From Neoechinorhynchus agilis (lineage: Eukaryota; Animalia; Acanthocephala), in the NCBI GenBank assembly GCA_051530055.1, contig CM121341.1:11944784-12008783 (forward strand): 64,000 bases of DNA. The letters run 5' to 3'. A program made the translations under genes and the position numbers. Positions 48,901-61,269 of the stretch are shown piece by piece. Under the pieces are notes generated by a model, which saw only the letters and a list, made by a program, of their open reading frames with translations, did no database searches and was not told the origin of the DNA. How positions within the stretch are numbered: position 1 is the stretch's first letter; each line of letters starts with the position of its first letter.

Positions 48901-51900
48901 GGAGCTAAAAATCCCAAGCAGATAAAGAATCAAGTATCTTTGTGTGGATTTAATATTTCTTTTTATCAAGCAGCAAAGTTGGACATAACACTGGAACGTG
49001 TGATCGCTGTTCATTTTAATCTCACGAAAAAAACAGACTGTCTAAAGGTTCTATTGAACATTTCTGAAATTGGTGCAATTGTCAAACATGAGGGACAACA
49101 CTATTTGGCTAACTTCATGGCACGATCTATGAAGGCGGATGCCACATACAATATGGATAACTCACTAGAACTTCGTACTTCCTTCGATTTCCTGTATCTG
49201 GATTACAACAATAGAAAAGTTATAGAAAGTCGAGTAGGAAGGGTTGATTTTGAGCGAACCAGGGATGATTATGTACTCATCATCAACCGAGCAAACTTCT
49301 TTATTTTTCCAGAGCTGATAAATGATTTCTCTTCAACTTCGGCAAATAACGAGCAGTTAGTGGATTTGAAGCGTACCAAATTTCACTTAATTGCAACTTA
49401 TTCCCGATTATCCCTACCGCTCAGATATGGCAAGGAATTGTTAATCGATGTTTCATTTGACGGATCTATTGATTTTGCGGAGTTTGGAATAAATGCTTTG
49501 AATGTAAAGTACGTTGATTTGTTCATTGTTGACAAACTTTGTGGGATACATGTACCTATACCAGGATGTCTTAGGTTGTCGACGGTCAATGACACAACGG
49601 AATCGATTCTTGATCTGGATCTTCATATTCTGTTGACCAGCGATGGACTAAACGAGCTAATTACATCATTTAATTTGTTCAAGGGATCACTGGAACCTGC
49701 CGCAACGAAAAATTCTGTCACAAAGGTCAATGTCCATACATTAAAGCCTTTTTATTTATTTTTCTCTAAATCTATGGACCTTTTCAACTTGCCGCTTTTT
49801 AAATCAAAGATTGAGACGTTCGACTTGAAAATCGCCGCGGGTACACTTGATTTACGCTTAAATTTGCTGGCTGATTATTTCAATCGATTATTGAACACTT
49901 TCGAGCCAATTATCGAACAATTTGCTATTCGTATGTTTCGGGACGATCAATCCCGCTTCGATGTGGAGTTTCAAAAGTCATTAGAAATCACTGCAACTCC
50001 AGAACTTCTTCAGCTCTTTCAATCTCTTAATTCGAATTTAAATGGAGTTTTCAAATTAATCAACAACTGTGGCGAGAAAATCGAATTCAAATGTTTTGAT
50101 CAAGAATGGATTGCAGTCGCCGACGGGGACGATGTAGAGTTTGGTTTCGAAAACTACTTTCAACCTGACATTTACTCGGATTTTCTTTTAGAAAGATGCG
50201 AATTGCCCAAATACGTTCAAATTATACTCCTTTCAAAAGTATTCAATATTCCTTTAAACCGAACAGGTGGAGTATTTTACTCAAATGTATTCGGCAAATC
50301 CCGACAAATTCAATTCTCCACTTCTTCTCAAGATTTTGTGCTAGTCATTAGTGTTCACTCATATTGTTCTGTTACAAATGTTACAGATAATCCATTAAAT
50401 CTAAGTATCGAAAGTCAGAATGGATCGTTCGTATCGTTATTGAAGCCAAAGGAAATCAAATATATTCCTCTAATACAATGCCCAGTGCATCGCGTAGCGC
50501 TGGTCAGTAATGATGGTCGAATGAGCGAAGCGTACGATTGTTCGACTGTTGGTCCGGGAACCATAAAATGTGATGAGCGACAATACGGAGTCTACAGAAG
50601 GAATCCGGATGATCTTTCCTGGCTCTAATGCATTTTGAAATTCCGTTAGTCTTGCGCTAAATTAGAAAATTTTGAACTACAAAATCCACCCCATAAAAAA
50701 TCACATAATCCTTTATAAAGTGTTCTAATAATACTCACTTGAATGTGTTCGGCTGGGCTCTTTTCTATGTAATGCAATAAAACTTCTAAATAAAAATTAT
50801 AAATCGATTACCCTCGTTAGCTATTATTTTTGGTTCAATTAAATTTAAGAACAATTTTATATTTATTCACATTCATCAAAAGTGCCAAAAAAAATTTAAT
50901 TTCTGCCGTTAATTTTTAATAGTTAAAATATAAATCCCAGTTTCGTATCCATTACACCTTTCAATTGCCATTTGTAGCATCCATCTGGCTTCCTTGAAAC
51001 ATCAAAAACTCCATCGGTCGACTTAAGTCGTGGAAAATGTCATTTTTTCCCATGCTATGTATCCATAATCATCTCCCTTACCAGCTGACAATAACTGGGG
51101 GCAAAATAACAACGAATATCTATCCAACCAAACAAAAGGCTATTACTGGTTTCACGATTGATCCCGATTCACTAGATCTGAAACTCGCATCGCCCTCATT
51201 TATTGCAATTCGAGACATACACTTTGCTACAGCGGACCTCCCGATAACATTGAAAGTACCGATTGAGGATAGGAGCGGAAAACCATCAAAACTTATAGTG
51301 GAAGCCGAGCGAGTTCAAAACCAAATAAACATTCACATCTACTTTCCCTATATTGTTCTCAATCGAACTTCTTTTTCACTTCAGCTTAAACAGTCCGACG
51401 ATTTTACGACTGCGGCGTTTCAACCCAGTCGCCAGTTCGGATTTGCGTTTTGTGGACGTGCAGGACCAACTGAGGATTATTGCGAACTTCGAGCTAGTGA
51501 TAACGATGACTATGGGCCAAAATTTTCTCTTGATATTGGTGCGAATGTCACTCAACGACTTGCATTTGATAATAGACGGGCAGGTATTCGGATAAGGGTA
51601 AATCGATCTTCTTCTCAATTTACAAAATCGATTTTGATATGCCTTGAAGATGAATATTTTTTTGAAAATCGAACGAATAAAACCGTGTCTATATGCCAAA
51701 ACAATCTATTCTCTCAGTATCTTATTCATATTGAACCTGAACAAGTTTCCGCTTTCCAGTACGTTGAGTCAAGTAGTGAAATCCGGTTCCGGTTAAAGTT
51801 TGAAGGATTTGAATGGTCAGGATTATTCAGTGTTGACCAATCGGATTTCTTGGTTTTAAGAAAATCCAGTGATTATATTATATTGCGACTCACAAAAATT

Positions 51901-54875
51901 GAAGGAGATGTCGATTCAATAGGTCAAAAGCTCTGCATATGTGATATGGAAAAGATGGTGGCTCCAATTGTGATCAGGAACCTTGGCATGGTAGACATGG
52001 AGGTTTCCCAGGTGGGCACTTTAATGGACACCAATGTTAAACCTGGTGGTGTCTTGGATTATGCACTCTTTGAACCACTCGGTCCTCAAGTACTGGATAT
52101 TAAATTAAAGAGCTTAAATGCATCCGCAACTGTTCAGCTGAATCGGTACGGACAAGTAACCTTGTCGTACTCGATTCCATATTGTATTGAATCTTCAGAT
52201 GGTTATATTTTAGTGCATAAGGACGGAAATTTGGCTTGGCTGGAAAAAAAGACCGGTTTTGATCCCAGAAATTCTTGGATTAAGACTTCGGATGGTCATT
52301 TGCTTAGTTTTGAATTTAGAAAGTCTGCTTTGGCTATTAACGCGACCTCAAATCAACTGGTAATAAAATCTATATGTGATGATGATCAACAAAAATGGAA
52401 TGTCGATGAACAAGGTCTCCTTCTTTCTCTATCCGGCTTATTAACCACCGAAAAGCGTATTTATTTGCATAAAGCAATGGAAGGATCGGGAAATGTCGTC
52501 ATTTCGGTTAAAATAAGTTCAATGCAAACTAAAGTTACACTCATGGACATCCAAAATAATAATGTTCCAGATAATAAAGAAAACGAAAAATTGGTAGTGA
52601 AATGCAAATCATTGGGCTTATCAGTTGTTAATCGACATCGATTCGAATTGGAGGAGATTATTTACTTCATAGTAAGCGACATTCAAGTTTATATAAAGAA
52701 TTCCGCACCAACAGCTAGCGAACTCATCGTGGTTATCGGCAGAATACTAGCATTTGATCAAATTAAATCAATGATTCCAAAGGAGTGCCCGTTAATGGTA
52801 ATGCCGAAGGAACATAATAATAACGGAGGCGATATTCGAATTGGTCAAAGTATAGTTAAAATTGAATTTTTCTATTTTGTGTAGTTTTTGACCATGCTTC
52901 AATTAATGAATGATGATAATGCACTTTTTATTAAGTTCTTAAGCTTATTGGATTTGTAGTTCAATATCTACTTGAAAAATCCTTTTTAAATATTCGTAGA
53001 TTCATGAAGCAAGGGCAGCTAAATTAGAACGAAACCTCTAAAGAAATAATCTTCGGCGGCGATAATTCGATTTCACACACAATATGGACATTTTAGAAGG
53101 CTTAGAGCCTATTGAATTCGTTTTTTAATAACTCTGAAAAAAATTCTTTTGAAAGTATTCGATTTATTAGAAGAAGGTAGCATAATTAAAACTAAACCTC
53201 TAAAGAACGAATCTTTGCACGGCCATAATTCAATGAGCATTTTATATTCTTTTAAAAAATCGCCTTCTATAAATCCTTTAAATTAGAGATAAGTTTGATT
53301 GATTACCGATTGGCAAAGAGTATTAACCTCCACGCCTATAGCGACATTATTATGAAACTAAACGAACTTTTCATTTGGCGACTAGCTCAATTCGCACTTC
53401 AGTCAATACAATTTGAAACGACTCAAAAACCTCGCATTCAAGAATATTCATTAATTTACATCGGCTACCTAAAGATGAGTCAAGTAACAATCAAAGTGTC
53501 TCTAGACTCCAGCAAAGTAGCTCATCCTCCGGATATTGTTCAGCTTCGTCGTAGCTTTCTCGGAAATAATCCCGTGCTTACGTTCGAACGAACCACGCTT
53601 ACGTTCGATTCAATTACTTATTCTCATGTTCTTTTGACCTCGCGTGGACTTCACAAGCTTATTTTTTCAAAGTATATCAATCAGCTCAAATCACAAGCAC
53701 TGTCGATCCTTGGATCTTTAGATTTCTTAGGAAATCCACTTGGTCTCATTAACGATACCTTCGCAGGAGTTCATGGATTTTGGAGGACGGGCGATTCAAC
53801 TCAATTCTTACGGGCAGTCACCCATGGAATCGCGAATTCTGCATCTAAAGTAGTTCGCAATGTTAGTGACGGTATTGTTATGATCGCCACGGATACTGAG
53901 TACCAGCAGCATCGTGCTGTTATTCAAAGTGACTATTCCGGCATTTCGCAGGGATCTATGAGTCTCATGGCTGGTATTACAGGCGGACTTACTGGAATGG
54001 TGGAGAAATCCTACACTGGAGCGAGGACTGCTGGCGTTTTTGGATTCCTTGGGGGTATAGGAAAAGGCGCCCTGAGCAGTATTAGCCGGCCAATGGTCGG
54101 TGTACTCGATATGGCACATAGCGTTGTGTCCGCCGTGAAGGAAAGTACTGCTTCTGATGTAGCAAATATCGGTATGGACAGCCGACGTCCACCAAGACAT
54201 TGTGGTAGTGTTTTCGTTCTAAAGAGATTTGATATTGTAACGCAGAACTTCTTTTTTGAACATTGCGTTTAGAATTTTCCGCCTTTCAATGACTTAGTGC
54301 CCATTATAATTATGTTAATCTTTCTATGTAGAGAAACATGCCTTTGAAAGGCATCTTATTTACACAACGATAAGCCATTTCGTTTTCCCGTCAATTTTTT
54401 GTGCTGAAGTATTTCAATCGAAGCACCAGCGAAATTCCTCTTCTTCTAAAAAAGTTCTGCAATAGAAGCAAGATTTATGAGTAAAGTCAAATTACCGAAA
54501 CTCAAGTTGCCACTGGAGATATTTGTTGCTTTCGTCGACGACGATGAACTTATTTGGACTGGCTATTTAAAACGATACTTGGTTCTAACAAACATGAGAC
54601 TCATCGTTCTCGATTCACGACAGGACGTGCATTTACCAGTCGCTGAATTTCAAGTTGATTCCCTAAAAAGAATTAACCTTGTGGCAGAAAGTAGCGAACA
54701 CGTTCTTGATTTACAATTCGAACTTGAAGATTGTTCGATATCTCGATCGTTTCGATTTCGGTCTAAGGAGATTGCTATTGATTTTCATTCAAAATTCATT
54801 CAGACGTTCTTGATGTACGCTTGCGACTTTTGTTGCGATGTCGATAAGTGTGAAATAGTCGAGAACTATGAATAA
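45973..54875 (+). CDS. VPS13D: VPS13D-like bridge lipid-transfer protein, about 5 exons, roughly 2,600 aa
   Basis: Co-oriented ORFs 45832-47025, 47065-50628, 51037-52884, 53295-54272 and 54477-54875. Chorein-like start MVLRALKWLARKLI (ATG 45973); VAB-like repeats; ricin-like QQKW segment; C-terminal LGSLDFLGNPLGLIND...VTHGIANSASK...GIGKG...RPMVGVLD resembles VPS13D; PH-like last exon. Confidence 0.85.
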
Positions 54876-55929
54876 ATGGAACCGGTAGTACATAAATACC
54901 TCGAACACTGGTTGAAATTTCCACTCGTCCTTTGAAGTATATGAACTAAAGAACAACATGTGACTTTTAGCGTGTCAAAATATTATTTTGGATGCGCTTA
55001 GAAATGTTCGTTTGTTCTCCATCTAAAAGAGACATCAGCTCAAAGCTCTAAACAAATCACACATACACTTCCGGAAATAAAAGTGCCAGAAACCTTTACC
55101 TTGGTATAATCTCATTCTGAACAAATTGAAATTCCGAACAAAGCACGCACACCTCTCCGAAAAAAATTCACCGACCACTTATTTTGGTCTCACCTCGATC
55201 GGAATAAATTGAACATTACAGCGAATCACGAATAATCTCCCGGGAAAAAGTACATTTAGCTGTTTCACAAAAAAATTAAATCCATAAATTCACGATAACT
55301 CGTTAATTCTCCTAGAATATCGATCCCACTCAAAATCATTATCTATTTAATTAGACAATAACGCACCCAGGTCGAGTGTAACACACTGAACAGGTCACAG
55401 CACTCCTTGGTCTGTAATATTGTCTTGGTTGGCGGTGTAGTCGTCTTCGGCGACGATATCCTCTAGTGGTATGATAAAATAAACGTTTAAACCCCATCCA
55501 GGACGAAGTTTGAAAATTGATTCCTTGTTTCCTACTCCACCCAAAAAATAGGCATTTATTTCAAGTGATTACTCACATGAACTGTGTTCAAAGCACGAGC
55601 GTGATTCAAAGCGACATTGTTTTAGCTAAAAAAATCCAAATTTTAAAAAAAAAGTTTGAAAAGGTTTAAGAAAATATTCAGACTAAAAATATGGAACGAT
55701 TGTGCGATCAACAAAGATAAGAAATTAAGATCATGCTAATTCGAGGCATTAATAATTCATTTTTAGTGGAAACATTTGAGATGATAACTAGTAATTGCAT
55801 TTTAATTAAAGGCAAACTCCGAAATAGTACGGTATACCACGAATATCATTACTAAAAATTAAAACAAAATAAGCCAGAAATGTTAGAAGTCATCCTAAAT
55901 GTTCAATAAAAATAGTCATGAATTCCACT

Positions 55930-56565
55930 AAGCATTCCTTGTAAGATATTTTGCAGGTTAAATACAAATATAAAATACCGGATTAAGCAAATCACACTTC
56001 CATCGTCAAAATCATAAGTACCTTAAGCTAACTGTTTTATAAATAAAATCCGTACATTCACGATAACTCGTTTATTATTCTAAAATATAAGTCCAACGCC
56101 AAATTATTATCGATTTAATTGGACAATAATGCGTCAACGAACAAAGTAATACCTTCCTCCATAATAGCATCCTGGTCGCTGGTATGGGTAGCATCGGGGA
56201 GGACAAAACAATCTACGGATACAACGAAACAAAATTCCAAAACACATCTTGGACGAAGTTTGAAAATGCTTGCTTGTTTCCTGCTCCACCATAAAAGATG
56301 GGTATTTATTTAAAGTGATTACTCATTTGAATTGTTTTAAAAGTACACGCATGATTCAAGGTTCCATTGTTTTAGTTACAAAAACCGAATTTTTCAATAG
56401 GTTTAAAAAGTGAGCTGCGTAAATCGTCGATGTCCTAAAGACGTAAATATTATTAAAAATAAAAATAATTACGGAGAGATTGTTCATTATAAATGTTATA
56501 TAAAAAAGTAAAGAGTTCAACTGAATTATCCTAAAACAACTTTTTGCGTTTTTATTTGTATTCAA
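55930..56565. repeat. Dispersed module A (copies: diverged 55270-55640, direct 59470-60095, inverted 60550-61030)
   Basis: Shared blocks such as CATTCACGATAACTCGTTTATTATTC, AGCATCCTGGTCGC.GGTATGGGTAGCATCGGGGAGGACAAAAC and GCATGATTCAAGGTTCCATTG. Confidence 0.9.
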
Positions 56566-57860
56566 AAACGCAAAGTACTTTACAATGAATATTCAGTGTA
56601 ATTCCTTCCCAAATATTTTGCGTTTTTTAACTTGTATTCAAAAACGCAAAATACTTGACAGCAAATGTCCAGTAGAATTCCTTCACAAATATTTTGCGTT
56701 CGTTATTTTGTATAAAAACGGCAAAATACTTGATAACAAATGTTCAGTGGAATTTCTTCATAAATATTTCACGATTTTAATTTTTTTTAAAAAAAAAGCA
56801 AAGTACTTTAGAAACAAAATTTCTGCGTACATCCTTCAGAAATATTTTGCCTTTTTAAACAGCATTAAAAAAGTCATAGTACTTGACATCGAATGTTAAG
56901 TTTAATTCGTAGTAAAAATATTTTTCGTTTTTAAATGTTTATTTAAAAAGGCAAAGGGCTAGACATCGAATCTTTAGTGGAATTACTTCGCAAATATTTT
57001 ACTTTGTTATATTTTTATTAAAAAGGCAAAGAACCTGATGTAGAATGCGAAGTGAAATTCCTTCAGGAAGATTTTCTGTTTTTAATTTATATTAAATTAA
57101 GAAAACTACTTGACCACGAATGTTCGGTGGAATTAATCTAGAAATATTTTACTTTTTGAACTTGTATTCCAAAACGCAAAGTTCTTGACAACGAATGTTG
57201 AGTTAAATTGCCTCACAAATTTTTTTCGTATCTTAACTTGTATAAAAGTTTCTGACAAAAAATGTTTAGTAGAATTCCTTGACAAATATTTTGCGTTTTT
57301 TAACTTGTATTCGAAAACGCAAAATACTTGACAACAAATGCTCAGTAAAATTCTTTAACAAACATTTTGCGTTTTTTATATTTTTTTTATTAAAAATGCG
57401 AAGATCTTGACAAAAAAAATTCAGTGGAATTCCTTCACAAATATTTTACGTTTTCGAAATTTGTATTCAAAAACTTTGTATTTCACAACGAATATTAAGT
57501 GGAATTCCTTCACAAATATTTTGCGTTTTTAAATTTGTATTAGAAATGGCAAAGTGCTTCAAAGAAAATGTTCAGTGGAATTCTTTGACAAATATTTTGC
57601 GTTTTTAGCTTGTATTCAAAAAGGCAAAGTACTTGACAACAAATGTTAAGTGAAATTATTTCAGGAAGATTTTCTGCTTTTTAATTTATATTAAGAAAAT
57701 ACTTGACCACGAATGTTCAGTGGAATTCCTATGGAAATATTTTACGCTCTACATTTATATTAAAAAGAGCAAAAGAACATGACAACGAATTTTCAGAGGA
57801 ATTCCTTGAGAAATATTTTGCGTCTTTTAACTTCTATTAAAAAAATACAAGACTACGAAT
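56565..57860. repeat. Degenerate satellite, ~76-bp unit, ~17 copies (shorter arrays at 60095-60280 and inverted at 61030-61145)
   Basis: Unit AAAACGCAAAATACTTGACAACAAATGTTCAGTGGAATTCCTTCACAAATATTTTGCGTTTTTAACTTGTATTC recurs at ~74-78 bp spacing; internal inverted motif CGCAAAATA/TATTTTGCG. Confidence 0.92.
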
Positions 57861-57904
57861 TTTCAGTTTTTTGAGGACAAAATTCCATTACACTTTTTGT
57901 TACA

Positions 57905-59460
57905 CACTCAACAACAAAACGTTTAAACAATCACCACCGTCCACGAAGAAGAGGCATTGCACTCCCCTCAGTGGTCACGACCACGCTCACTGCGTTTCCT
58001 CTTTGGATCGCGAGACCAATGTTTTGGCGTAGGAAGGCACCAGCTCTTGTATTTCCTGTCTTGGCCTGGAGTCTACTCGATAACTCCTTCGTAAATCCAA
58101 GTGCCGAGCTACCGAGCGCACCATGAGACCTACTTAATTCTCTATATTTCGCCACCTTTCGGTCCTCCGCAACAGTAGCCGCTCCCCCGGGGACTGCACC
58201 ACAAACCTCCTGTTATTTGCCGCGAACGTGTCTACACACGTGGAGTCCCAGAGAAGACATTTGGCTTCTCGCAACGGGAATACGGTGACGCTATCCGTAC
58301 GACGACCATCTAGCCTGCACAGGTTGCTTGGCTTTAAACATTTTGGGACGTTCACCGTATTTAGGGCACGCGAAATTATGTCGCTCAATTCAGCATGCCG
58401 TGAGAAACGACCCCCTGATTTGTTGCAAACAAGACCATGTCTTCCCAGTGGAACCACGGTCATTCCACAGCGGCAACGAAGTTCGACACAAATTGGTAGA
58501 CCTAATCTTAGGGACACTCCGATCAAAACTGCATCGTCTACGAGGAGTGTTCCCACGGATGCAATGGGTAGGGCTTCCAATCATGCTCCCGATTCTCTTG
58601 TAGAGACTGCCAGCAATCTAGCCCGGTCTACCCCGTTGCGAGAGCCTGAAATTAGAGAATTATGAGTTCGGTTAACTAAATGTTTATCCTAGATAGACTG
58701 CTTGAGGCCATTTACGGGAACTTGGTTGTAAGCCGTCTTCTCCCACCACCCCTGGACCGCTACTAGAAATTCGTCCGTTAAACAGAACATGTATCTTAAT
58801 ATACGTTTTACCAGATCCTGACTCCCTTCGAATGATCCTAAAAATGCGGGCAACGGCACATCTACAGTTTTTCGAATACCCAAGCCACCGGACGATACAG
58901 GCAATGAAGCTTGTCACCAGGCCTCGTCTGATTGCTGGATATATAAAATGTGCTCGAAACACGCCTTCACAATGTCATCAAGCTTCTTTAATTTATCGAC
59001 GTGTTTGAAGGTAGCCGTACGCAGTTTACAAAGTAGTTTCGGGATGAAGAGGGTATTCTTGATCAGGAATAGAGCCTCGTGTGACGAAAGTTCCCTGGCT
59101 CTATCGCACAGCATCGTGATGTTCGGGAGTAGATGGTCGATTTCATTTTCCACATTAGAATCAAAAACGCAGCTCCCTAGAAGACTCAGCCGGTCAAGAG
59201 TGATCAGTTCTAAACCGGGTGCCAGATTTCGAAAACCTTGGATGATTTCGCTCTGCGCTGACTCGTCTTCGATGTTCATTACCAACAGTTCGCATTTCCC
59301 TGCATTAAGCTCAACGCCCAATCTCGCAGTCTCGCTTACGGGTGTCTCCAGATGGCGCAGTACGACGGAGGGATCACCTCCGAGCGTAGCGTCGTCCAGG
59401 TACCAAGCGTTAAAGCTGGACTGGAGAGATAGTGCGCTATTGAATTCACTGCAAGGGAGA
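57905..59460 (-). mobile_element. 5'-truncated CRE-clade element (RT end + RLE), frameshifted
   Basis: WYLDDATLGG, GGLGIRK, CRCG...HGLVCNKSGGRFSRH, LLWDSTCVDT, NIGLAIQRGN; shares the 3' motif GGACGGTGGTGATTG with the copy at 3190-3790. Confidence 0.92.
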
Positions 59461-60511
59461 ACGTGATTGGACCATTTTGCAGGTTAAATGCAAATATAAA
59501 ATATCGGACTAAGCAAATCACACCTCCGACATCAAAATCATAAGTACCTTAAGCTAACTGTTTTATAAATAAAATCCGTACATTCACGATAACTCGTTTA
59601 TTATTCTAAAATATAAGTCCAACGCCAAATTATTATCGATTTAATTAGACAATAATGCGTCAACGTCGACATCTGCGCCTTCCTCCATTATAGCATCCTG
59701 GTCGCCGGTATGGGTAGCATCGGGGAGGACAAAACAATCTACGGATACAACGAAACAAAAGTCCAAAACACATCCCGGGCGAAGTTCGAAAATGCTTGCT
59801 TGTTTCCTGCTCCACCATAAAAGATTGTTATTTATTTCAAGTGATTACTCACTTGAATTGTTTCAAAAGTACACGCATGATTCAAGGTTCCATTGTTTTA
59901 GTTACCAAAAACCGAATTTTTCAATAGCTTTGAAAAGTGAGCTGCGTAAATCGTCGATGTTCTAAAGACGTAAATAATATTTAAAGTAAAAATAATTACG
60001 GAAAGATTGTTCATTATAAATGTTATATGAAAAAAGGCCAAGATTTCAACTGAATTATCCTTGAACAACTTTTTGTGCTTTTTATTTGTATTCAAAAACG
60101 CCAAGTACTTTATAGTGAATATTCAGTGTAATTCCTTCCCAAATATTTTACGTTTTTAACTTGTATCAAAAAAGGCGAAGCACTTGATTACAAATGTCCA
60201 GTCGAATTCCTTCACAAATATCTTACGTTCTTTAATTTGTATTAAAAAACGCAAAGTACTTGACAACGAATGTTTAGTGGTAGGGGTGGGTTCTTAAAGG
60301 GTGATATTGTATTTGTGCCCATGCGGTGGTTTGTTTAGTTATGTTTGGGTGTGTGTTTTCAGGTTTGTTGTGTTTTTTGCGGAGGTGTGAATTGACGTTC
60401 TAGCTATGAGAGTGTTGAATTTAGAGTTCTTAGTTTGTGGGTTATTTTAATGGTAGTATTGTTTTTAATTATGTTCATTTTTAAAACATGGGATTTTTAT
60501 TCGGTACTTAG

Positions 60512-60863
60512 GTATTATATCGACCACGGCAAGGAAGTCCCCGAAGTCGACAATTTACGCAGCTCACTTTTCAAAGCTATTGAAAAATTCGGCTTTTGGT
60601 AACTAAAACAATGGAACCTTGAATCATGCGTGTACTTTTAAAACAATTCAAGTGAGTAATCACTTGAAATAAATAACAATCTTTTATGGTGGAGCAGGAA
60701 ACAAGCAAGCATTTTCGAACTTCGCCCGGGATGTGTTTTGGACTTTTGTTTCGTTGTATCCGTAGATTGTTTTGTCCTCCCCGATGCTACCCATACCGGC
60801 GACCAGGATGCTATAATGGAGGAAGGCGCAGATGCCGACGTTGACGCATTATTGTCCAATTAA
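60512..60863 (+). pseudogene. Two-exon coding-like module inside repeat A (SEA-domain-like C-terminus); best-preserved copy
   Basis: Exon 60512-60598 and exon 60698-60863 joined by a 99-nt GT-AG intron give YYIDHGKEVPEVDNLRSSLFKAIEKFGFWKQASIFELRPGCVLDFCFVVSVD...ALLSN*. No start exon identified. Confidence 0.4.
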
Positions 60864-61150
60864 ATCGATAATAATTTGGCGTTGGACTTATATTTTAGAA
60901 TAATAAACGAGTTATCGTGAATTTACGGATTTTATTTATAAAACAGTTAGCTTAAGGTACTTATGATTTTGACGATGGAAGTGTGATTTGCTTAATCCTG
61001 TATTTTATATTTGTATTTAACTCGCAAAATATTATTGAGGGAATTTAACTAAAAATTCGTTGTCATGTTCTTATACTTTTCTAATGCAAATGTAAAACGT
61101 AAAATATTCTCGAGGGAATTCCACTGAACATTTGTTGTCAGGTACTTCGC

Positions 61151-61269
61151 TGTGGTAAGTACGCTATTGATTGGGCTAGCGTAAATGGGCATAAAATAGT
61201 GTGTGTTGTACAAAAACAGTTTTGTTGGAATAAAGAGGTCCGCTGTTTGGTTCATCCACCATGTCAACA
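61151..61269 (+). repeat. Putative 5' LTR (119 bp, TG...CA) followed by primer-binding site TGGCGGGACAGC at 61272
   Basis: TGT...ACA termini, internal AATAAA, and TGG-starting PBS 2 nt downstream, directly ahead of gag. Confidence 0.65.

Noticed and set aside
54890-55225. Minus-strand GT-AG pairs suggesting a small spliced gene after VPS13D
   Set aside because: All joins I tried give peptides of ~30 aa or less with no recognisable motif.
56565-57860. Regular repeat array resembling CRISPR
   Set aside because: Units are degenerate tandem copies without unique spacers, there are no cas genes, and the context is eukaryotic: a satellite.
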